Source: a virus | Strand: one strand, 5' to 3' | Length of the DNA: 24,780 bases | IMG/VR virus record: IMGVR_UViG_3300037067_004563 | Location: 1-24,780 of that record | In this document: positions 15,611 to 22,620 of the stretch, piece by piece | Layout of the letters: every line of letters starts with the position of its first letter | Numbering within the stretch: the first letter of the stretch is position 1 | Notes under the pieces: model-generated | Databases searched by the model: none | What the model was told of the DNA's origin: nothing | The model's input: the letters and a program-made list of their open reading frames with translations, nothing else | Made by a program: the position numbers and the translations under genes

Positions 15611-15949
15611 ATGGCAGAGAAAATTTACATGGATGAAACAATGAAAACCTACAGCTTTATAGAGTGTCCTGATGCAGTGATTACAGATATACTCAAAGAA
15701 GACCTGACAACAGTAGAGCTTGAGCTTTACAAAGTTGTGTATAAAAAGTTGGCAACTGTTTATATTGTGTCTAGGAAAGAGCATGACTGTGGGGAAACAT
15801 TCGAGTACAAAACTAAAAAATCAGCACAGAAAAAGTATGATGCTCTTCTTGAGGCAGAGCTCCTAGCAGTGGCTGAGTGGGATGCTGAGGAATGGAACAG
15901 CTTCAGAGAAGTTGCAAAAAAGGATTATCAGAAATGGGGGAGCTGCTGA
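15611..15949 (+). CDS. Hypothetical protein
   Basis: GGGTGGTTTAAATG stop/start coupling. Confidence 0.75.
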   Translation: MAEKIYMDETMKTYSFIECPDAVITDILKEDLTTVELELYKVVYKKLATVYIVSRKEHDCGETFEYKTKKSAQKKYDALLEAELLAVAEWDAEEWNSFREVAKKDYQKWGSC

Positions 15950-15958
15950 GGTGTAAGC

Positions 15959-16177
15959 ATGAAAATTAAACCAGCTATACTCACAATTATGGCACTTTCG
16001 CCTTTCCCTGTGGGTATGTATGTTGAATATGCGTACGGTGAGAGCACCAGCTTAATTTTTGCAATCGGTATGCTTTACGGAGCTGTTGCAATGTTGATAC
16101 TAAACCCAAGAGAAAGTATACAAAATGAAATAAATGGTGTGCTTGAAGAGGAAAGAGAGTGGTTAAAAAACAACTAG
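15959..16177 (+). CDS. Small membrane protein (2 TM)
   Basis: Two hydrophobic helices; GAGGTG SD. Confidence 0.7.
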   Translation: MKIKPAILTIMALSPFPVGMYVEYAYGESTSLIFAIGMLYGAVAMLILNPRESIQNEINGVLEEEREWLKNN

Positions 16178-16314
16178 AAAAGAAGTGGTGGTATAGAGGG
16201 AGATTAAACCTCCCTCTGGTGGTATAAATGAACAACGATTCTTAAAAAAGATTTGTTGTACAAATACTATATACGCAGGTATTATATTTAAATCTATCTA
16301 TAGGAGTGGTATAA

Positions 16315-16461
16315 ATGTTCAAATGCGATTACAGAAAGAAGTGTGAAGGGTTTACAAACGAATCTAGGTACTGTACTAGCTGGTGGGAGTGTCAAAACTG
16401 TGGAATCTGGAAGCGTTTTGATAGAGGAGAAATAAAACAATACAAGAAAGTGATAGATTGA
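16315..16461 (+). CDS. 48-aa Cys-rich protein, paralogue A (not in ORF track)
   Basis: MFKCDYRKKCEGFTNESRYCTSWWECQNCGIWKRFDRGEIKQYKKVID; GGAGTGGTATAAATG start. Confidence 0.7.
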   Translation: MFKCDYRKKCEGFTNESRYCTSWWECQNCGIWKRFDRGEIKQYKKVID

Positions 16462-16613
16462 GCACGCTTTACAAAAATTATTGTGAGTACACTAATATTT
16501 GTGAGGCATTTTCTGAACATTCTTTTATTTGCCGTAGTTGCAGAGAAGAGTGCAGTATAAGAGAAAAGTTTGTGAGTGGCGAAATTAAAGAGTTTAAGTT
16601 AAAACTGAGTTAA
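16458..16613 (+). CDS. 51-aa Cys-rich protein, paralogue B, TTG start (not in ORF track)
   Basis: MSTLYKNYCEYTNICEAFSEHSFICRSCREECSIREKFVSGEIKEFKLKLS; TTGA overlap; aligns with paralogue A. Confidence 0.65.
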   Translation: MSTLYKNYCEYTNICEAFSEHSFICRSCREECSIREKFVSGEIKEFKLKLS

Positions 16614-16654
16614 TATACACACAAAGTATTAAATAGAAATACAACATATAACTG

Positions 16655-16692
16655 TATCCTTTTAGTAGGAATGTTTGCTTACTAAAAGGATA
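16655..16692. repeat. 13-bp perfect inverted repeat TATCCTTTTAGTA-N12-TACTAAAAGGATA
   Basis: Read directly, in the leader of the primase gene. Confidence 0.8.
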
Positions 16693-16709
16693 TATAACGT
16701 GGTGGTAAA

Positions 16710-16745
16710 ATGGTAAAGAAACAGATTATTATCAGGAGCGAGTAA
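16710..16745 (+). CDS. 11-aa micro-ORF (possible leader peptide) MVKKQIIIRSE
   Basis: Own GTGGTGGTAAAATG initiation motif; stop 1 nt before the primase ATG. Confidence 0.4.
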   Translation: MVKKQIIIRSE

Positions 16746-16746
16746 C

Positions 16747-19695
16747 ATGGAGAACGACAAAAAGCCTTCAAAGGCGTTTAGTGAAAAAGTCAAAGCGTCT
16801 ATTGATTTAGTTTCACTTATTGGAAAGTCTGTTTCTCTACATAAGGAAGGAAACGAATGGTACATGGGCGCAACCTCTGCAGCAAGTGTAAGTGGCAAGT
16901 CTTTGAAGGTAAATTGCAGAGAGCAGTATTATAAGAACTTTGCAACGAATGATAAGGGAGATGCTTTCAACTGGATTGCATATGCTCAGAGCCTCGACAT
17001 TACTAAAGATTTTCCAGAAATTCTTAAAATTGCAGCAGATGAAGCAGGTATACCTTTCGAAGGAGTAACAGAAAAAGATATTGCAGACTCTGCAGAGGCA
17101 CATAAGGTACACGATGCCTTAACACAGGCAGCAGAAATTTATCATGCTAACCTTACTCCTGAGCACAGGGCATATGTTAAGGGCAAGTGGGGAATCACAG
17201 ATGATACAATTGATTCTCTGAAAATTGGATATGCAAAGCCAGGAAACGGGAGCAACTTAATTAATGTGATTGATGATGATACACTGCTTAAAACAGGGCT
17301 TATAAATATTGTCTACTCTAATGATGGGACAGGCACCAATGTAGTAACAGAAATATTCCAGGGAAGAATAGTATTCCCGTACTGGAATTGTGGCAAAGTT
17401 GTAAATTTTGCAGCAAGAGGATCTGAGAAAGATAAAGAAGGGAAAGTAAAGAATCCTGAAGAAGATAAACTTCTTAAAACTCCGAACACACCTTATGAGA
17501 GTGCGAAGTATAAGAAACTGCTAGTACACAGCGAAAAAAGACCGTACATTAACAAAGCAATCAATAACAGGTACCTCTTTGGCGAAGACTCTATTCGAGG
17601 AAAGGATTACTGTATTATTACAGAGGGTATTGCAGATGCTATAATGCTTATGCAGAATGGTATTCCAGTGCTGTCTCCTGTTACTGTTCAGTTTGCAGAG
17701 AACGACCATGATAAGCTTGTTCATGCTGCAAGGAGATTGAAAACTGTTTACATATGCAATGATAACGAGCTCTCAGGTGCCGGAGAACACGGAGCGATTA
17801 AGACAGCTCTCCTATTGAAGAATGAAGGAGTAGACGTTAAAATAATTCTGCTGCCGAAAGAGAACCTGTCTAAAATGGACGTTGCAGAGTATTTCTTAAG
17901 GCATACAAAAGAAGAGTTCGAGAAAGTAAAGGACCAGAGCAAGGATATTCTGGTTCACCTGCTTAACAAAGTTCAGCCTAGCACTTGCGCAGATGCGACA
18001 ATTGCAAAGACTGAGAACTTTAAGAAAGCTATAGAATTTACGGAAACAGTTTTAAAGAACGTGACTAATGAAGATGAAGTAAATTTATTCATAAGAAACA
18101 ACATAAAAAATTACTTTAATAAGTTTACTACAGAAGATATAAGATCAATAGCTAAAGCGTACAAAAATACAGTTGCAGAAAACAACAGTAAGAATCCTGA
18201 CCAGGAACATAAAATGGTTTTTGATTTGGATTCTGAGTCTGGCAGGAGTACCATGATTCAGGTGCTTGCTAGAGAGATCATGCAGGAAAAGCACATGAAA
18301 TATGTAGCAGGTATGTTAAGGATTTATGATAATGGTGTATATCCTGACGATCAAACAGCAATAACCAGACTTAAGAGAGATATTCTAATGCTGGCAGGCA
18401 AGGAGCATAAAACACCTATTGTAGAAAAGCACGCCAACAATGTAATAAAAGTCCTTGAGATTTTAAATTCTGTATGTGAAGCAGAATATAACTATGATCC
18501 AGATGATTTGGCAGTTGGAAATGGAGTATTAAACCTTAAGACATTTGAACTGCAGGAGTTTACGCCTGATAAAGTATTTTTCAATAAAATACCTATAAGC
18601 TATGATCCAGCAGCTCCAGAACCTAAACTATTTCTGGACCTTATGGATAAAGTGTTTAAAGGAAATGAAGAACAGAGAGTACTAATGCAGGAGATATTTG
18701 GCTTCTGCCTGCTAAATAACTACAAGTACCAGTCAATAATTTATTTGTTGGGTGATGGTGGTAACGGAAAAGGGACAGTAATAAAAATTTTAACTTACTT
18801 ACTTGGAAATGAGGCAACTTCTTCAGCCACACTTAACCAACTGACAGACCATAACAATGTTGACTATTACCTGGCTAAACTCCATGGTAAGCGTGCAAAT
18901 ATTTGCGGTGACATTGGAGCAAAGAAAATAGAGAATACTGAAAATATTAAAAAACTGTCTTCAAACACTGATAAAATTAGTGCAAGGTTGCCTTATGGAG
19001 TGCCTTTTGATTTTATCAATAATGCAAAATTGATATTTGCATTGAACAAGATGCCTAAGAAGGACGCTTTCACTACTGGAGATAAAAGAAGAGATGTAAT
19101 TATATCTTTCAATAATCCAATATCGGATACAAAAGACGATATAAAAGGATTTGCAGAGCTAATAAAAGACTCTGGAGAAATGTCTGGAGTGCTCAAATGG
19201 GCTTTAGAAGGACTAAAAAGATTAGAGAGAAATCAGAGATTTACTGATAAGAGGACAGTTGCACAAAAAGGACTCGAATATGATATGAAAAGTAATCCTA
19301 TGAAATATTTTGTTGACGATTGCATAGACCAGGACCCACTAGGCGGAGTTATACCAAATGTAACAGTCTATGAAGCATACAACAAATATAGGAAAATACA
19401 TGGTATGCCTGAGCTGTCAGAGCAAGAAATTAAAAACGGTTTGAAATATTGGTGTGGACAGATAGGCATAACAGTAACAGAAAAAAGAGAACGTATGAAA
19501 AAACTGTGTGGATTTGTAACACCTGAAATTAAATCTATCCTTGGAGATTCTAAGCAGGTTAGAGTTTTCACAGGAATAAAACTAATGGAAAATGAAGAAG
19601 GAGACGAAAAAGGATTAAATACCTTTGCAAATGCAACACACGTAGAAGAAAAGACTTCTGTGCTAGACGATTTTAAAAATGCTCTGTGTGATTGA
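16747..19695 (+). CDS. DnaG/TOPRIM-type primase fused to a D5/P4-like SF3 helicase
   Basis: DnaG-like N-terminal domain, GRIVFP..N..G.VVNFAAR, TOPRIM ITEGIAD...ICNDNE..G..G...DVAEY; D5_N-like VGNGVLNLKT; Walker A GDGGNGKG, ANICGD, motif C IFALN. Confidence 0.9.
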   Translation: MENDKKPSKAFSEKVKASIDLVSLIGKSVSLHKEGNEWYMGATSAASVSGKSLKVNCREQYYKNFATNDKGDAFNWIAYAQSLDITKDFPEILKIAADEAGIPFEGVTEKDIADSAEAHKVHDALTQAAEIYHANLTPEHRAYVKGKWGITDDTIDSLKIGYAKPGNGSNLINVIDDDTLLKTGLINIVYSNDGTGTNVVTEIFQGRIVFPYWNCGKVVNFAARGSEKDKEGKVKNPEEDKLLKTPNTPYESAKYKKLLVHSEKRPYINKAINNRYLFGEDSIRGKDYCIITEGIADAIMLMQNGIPVLSPVTVQFAENDHDKLVHAARRLKTVYICNDNELSGAGEHGAIKTALLLKNEGVDVKIILLPKENLSKMDVAEYFLRHTKEEFEKVKDQSKDILVHLLNKVQPSTCADATIAKTENFKKAIEFTETVLKNVTNEDEVNLFIRNNIKNYFNKFTTEDIRSIAKAYKNTVAENNSKNPDQEHKMVFDLDSESGRSTMIQVLAREIMQEKHMKYVAGMLRIYDNGVYPDDQTAITRLKRDILMLAGKEHKTPIVEKHANNVIKVLEILNSVCEAEYNYDPDDLAVGNGVLNLKTFELQEFTPDKVFFNKIPISYDPAAPEPKLFLDLMDKVFKGNEEQRVLMQEIFGFCLLNNYKYQSIIYLLGDGGNGKGTVIKILTYLLGNEATSSATLNQLTDHNNVDYYLAKLHGKRANICGDIGAKKIENTENIKKLSSNTDKISARLPYGVPFDFINNAKLIFALNKMPKKDAFTTGDKRRDVIISFNNPISDTKDDIKGFAELIKDSGEMSGVLKWALEGLKRLERNQRFTDKRTVAQKGLEYDMKSNPMKYFVDDCIDQDPLGGVIPNVTVYEAYNKYRKIHGMPELSEQEIKNGLKYWCGQIGITVTEKRERMKKLCGFVTPEIKSILGDSKQVRVFTGIKLMENEEGDEKGLNTFANATHVEEKTSVLDDFKNALCD

Positions 19696-19719
19696 ACACA
19701 CAAGCAATTTTTTTTTAAT

Positions 19720-20160
19720 TCTAGAAAAGTATCTTTAGAGCAACATTTGAGTAATTTCTTTAGAATTTTTGAGAATTTTCTGAAAATTTCTCTAAAATCT
19801 GCTAAAATTCACTAAAATTTTTCTGTGCCACCAAAAAATTGCTTTGTGTCATGGCATGTGCCAATACCTTGTGTCGGCTAAAAACAGTAAGAGTGCCAAG
19901 TGTGCCGAGTAAAAGTAGGTAAAACAATATTTAATTATAAAATAATATTACAGAATAAATGCTCATATGTAAACATACGTGTAAACATACTAGAGTCTCC
20001 TATGTAAAAAAAAGTCGGCACAAATACGGATTTTCCGTTATGCAGTGGCTTAAGTTATGGTCGGCACATATGTCCGCTTCTCGATTGTATACTACTGATA
20101 GTGTTTTTGGTCGGCACAAGCAAAAAGGTCGGCACACTTTTTGTTTAGAAAAGTATTCTA
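19720..20160. repeat. Iteron-rich non-coding region, candidate replication origin
   Basis: Four GTCGGCACA copies (20014, 20060, 20110, 20128) face inverted TGTGCC(A/G) copies (19824, 19857, 19901, plus variants) across an AT-rich core (19917-19960) and tandem TGTAAACATAC (19968, 19980). Confidence 0.7.
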
Positions 20161-20449
20161 AAAGCAGTTTTGAGCTTTTGAGCATTTGCACAGGAAATTA
20201 ACAGGCAAAAATAAAATATTCCGTTTATCTAAATTTATGCTCATTTGATCCTCTGAGAAGTTCAGACATACAAACATACCAACTTTAATTATTTTCTTTA
20301 CTATGGGCTTCTCCGTAAGCCTCATGCAACTTTAGAGAGGTAAATCTTTACTATGATCTTTGACAGGCTAAAAGTTTTACTTTAAACTGTCTCATACAGG
20401 TTTCATAATATTAGATAGTTATTTATACTTTCGGGTACTATTAGGTACT

Positions 20450-20860
20450 ATGGGAGAAATAATAAAATGCGGAGAACGCACGGTACAGACAAAATGCAGA
20501 GTAACGATTAACGACATTGCAGAGAAGCACGGCATATGCCCTGGCGATACTGTGAATGTAATTATTCAGAAAGTTGAAGAACACACAGAGGAGTTAAGCA
20601 GTGTAGATTCTACAATTGAAAAGCTTACTGATCTGCTTAACTATACAATGGTTATTAGAGGGGATCTTAAAATCCTTGAAGATCCTGAAACAAGTGCACA
20701 GTACAGAGGTTTCTTGTTTAGAAATATAGAATTTAGTACAAATTACCTTGAGCGCGAAGTTAGATCAGCTATTAATATGCTTGGTGGCTGTGTTGGTAGT
20801 GAATGTGTGAATGATGTTGCAGGTGAATTACCTTGGCACGGTGATGCGCTCTTGAAATAA
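20450..20860 (+). CDS. AbrB/MazE(SpoVT)-type DNA-binding protein
   Basis: N-terminal RTVQTKCRVTI.D.AEKHGICPGDTVNV swapped-hairpin pattern; TTTATACT about 21 nt before ATG suggests a leaderless mRNA. Confidence 0.7.
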   Translation: MGEIIKCGERTVQTKCRVTINDIAEKHGICPGDTVNVIIQKVEEHTEELSSVDSTIEKLTDLLNYTMVIRGDLKILEDPETSAQYRGFLFRNIEFSTNYLEREVRSAINMLGGCVGSECVNDVAGELPWHGDALLK

Positions 20861-20907
20861 TTTACTTACTTTTCTTTTCTTTTCTTTCCTCCTTCCTTTC
20901 TCTTTTT
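20861..20907 (+). terminator. Oligo-T/pyrimidine tract, archaeal-type terminator
   Basis: 39 consecutive pyrimidines (20869-20907) directly after the stop codon. Confidence 0.65.
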
Positions 20908-21046
20908 GTGTTTAATTTGACAGGCTAAAATAATATTTTCAGGTTGTAACAGTAGTAAGTAACAATGTTTAAATACAAGAACAGCCTATTATTCTGTGTA
21001 AGGTGGTATAACAGTAAAACAGACAGAATAAGTTAAGGTGGTATAA

Positions 21047-22603
21047 ATGATAGAACTGAAAATAGATAATGAGTTAAGAGATTTGATTCCTCCGCTTACA
21101 GAGGAAGAATACAAAGGACTTGAAGATAATCTTTTATCTGAAGGTTATGATGAGACACTGCCTATTATTGTTTGGAAAGGGCATGAAACCATAGTTGATG
21201 GGCATAATCGCTATAGCATCTGTCAGAAACATAATATTCCTTTTGTGACTGTTGAGCGTGAATTTAACACTAAGGAAGATGTTAAAAGGTGGATGTGTGA
21301 TATTCAGCTAAGCCGCAGGAGCCCGAACAAGAAAAAGAGGACTTACATTATTGGTAGACGGTATTTGATAGAAAAGTTAGAACGCGGTGTAAATAGATAT
21401 ACAAATAAGACTCATCAAAATGATGAGTCTAAAGATACTAGGTTCAAGCTTGCTGAACAACTTAGTATTGGTGCAGCAACAGTAGAACGCGCAGCCAACT
21501 TTACAACAGCAGTAGACAGAATCGTAATCGTCACAGGCTGTAAGGTAAATGATCTTCTGGATGATTATATCAAAGGAACCATGGAAGAAATTAACAAACT
21601 TGCAGAACTTGACGAAGAAACACAGAAAAGAATAATAGCATACGCAATCACAGGAAAAGAAAATATTGAGCTTGCAGCCACAAGAGTAAGCAGAGAAAAC
21701 AGGGATATACTTCTTAAAGAAGCTGAAGAAAAAAGGCATGCAATGGAAGCACAACTTAAAAAAGAACGTGAAGAAAAAGAAGAGTATGAACGTAAAAAGC
21801 TTGAGATTGAGCGTGAAGAACGTTTAAAACTGGAAAAAGAGCGCATTGCAAAAGAGAAAGAAGACAGAGAGAATGAACGCCTTGCAGAAATTGTAGAGCA
21901 GGTACTTTCAGCCGAAAAAGAAGATGAAGAGGAAGAAGAGATATTAGAAGATGGTGAAGCTATTGCAAAAGAAAAAGAAGCAATTGAAAAAGCAAAGCTG
22001 GAAGCTGAAATTAAACACATGCAGGAAGTTCAGAGGAAGAAACTTGAGAATATAATGCTTGAACAAAAGCGAGTAGATGAAGAGATTTTAAGAAAAGCAA
22101 CATTAGAACGTGAACGCCACGATAGAGAGAGAGTTGAAAAGGCTGTAAAAGCTGCAAAAGCTGCAATTCCAGTAACTCCCTATGACCCATATATAAAATG
22201 TGCAAAAGTAATTATGGGTGAAATTACGCTTACTGCTTGCAAGTCAAAGAATAGTCTATACATAATTGATTCACATAATGAGTACGAAGACCCACAAACA
22301 CTTAATAAAAATTGGTCTGGTAAAGTGTGGTTGGATTTGTTGTCTCCAGAGGGTGAACCTAAAAAGTACATTGAAAAGTTAGTGTCAAGGTATCTTGACG
22401 GTGGAGTAGTGGAAGCCATTGCAATTGTAAGAAATGATACAAGTGCAGAATGGTTTAAGTTATGTGCTCAAAATGCAAATGCAGTGGTATTCCCTCTTAA
22501 GGGGGAACTAAAGAATCACGCTTTAATTTATTTTGGAAAGAACACAGAAACGTTTATGAGTGAGTGTTTAAAATTCGGGTGGGGAATAACTCTTAAAAAT
22601 TAA
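21047..22603 (+). CDS. ParB/Srx-domain protein with HTH, coiled coil and degenerate phage-Dam-like C-terminal domain
   Basis: LIPPLTEEEY..LE..L..EG...PIIVW....IVDGHNRY..C (ParB N-domain), QLSRR, HTH KLAEQLSIGAATVERA, C-terminal WSGKVWL....; W..LC...NAVVF; YFG....F...G. Confidence 0.8.
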   Translation: MIELKIDNELRDLIPPLTEEEYKGLEDNLLSEGYDETLPIIVWKGHETIVDGHNRYSICQKHNIPFVTVEREFNTKEDVKRWMCDIQLSRRSPNKKKRTYIIGRRYLIEKLERGVNRYTNKTHQNDESKDTRFKLAEQLSIGAATVERAANFTTAVDRIVIVTGCKVNDLLDDYIKGTMEEINKLAELDEETQKRIIAYAITGKENIELAATRVSRENRDILLKEAEEKRHAMEAQLKKEREEKEEYERKKLEIEREERLKLEKERIAKEKEDRENERLAEIVEQVLSAEKEDEEEEEILEDGEAIAKEKEAIEKAKLEAEIKHMQEVQRKKLENIMLEQKRVDEEILRKATLERERHDRERVEKAVKAAKAAIPVTPYDPYIKCAKVIMGEITLTACKSKNSLYIIDSHNEYEDPQTLNKNWSGKVWLDLLSPEGEPKKYIEKLVSRYLDGGVVEAIAIVRNDTSAEWFKLCAQNANAVVFPLKGELKNHALIYFGKNTETFMSECLKFGWGITLKN

Positions 22604-22620
22604 AAAGGTTGGTGGTATAA

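Noticed and set aside
16175-16207. Pyrrolysine/amber read-through at TAG stops (16175, followed by a hairpin; also 1209)
   Set aside because: Read-through would add only about 10 and 3 residues, and no split conserved domain spans a TAG.
7588-19695. Inteins or introns in nrdD, helicase or primase
   Set aside because: Lengths and motif spacing are normal; no intein N/C-terminal or LAGLIDADG motifs seen.
19820-20140. Repeats as a CRISPR or mini-CRISPR array
   Set aside because: Units are only 7-10 bp, irregularly spaced and in both orientations, so iteron-like rather than repeat-spacer.
19959-20201. ORFs 19959..20201 (+) and 20000..20191 (-)
   Set aside because: They lie across the repeat region, lack SD motifs and have no recognisable protein features.
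20280-20345. Short stems (GGCTT/AAGCC) as a tRNA or structured ncRNA
   Set aside because: No cloverleaf, T-loop or D-loop consensus; stems are too short to support a call.
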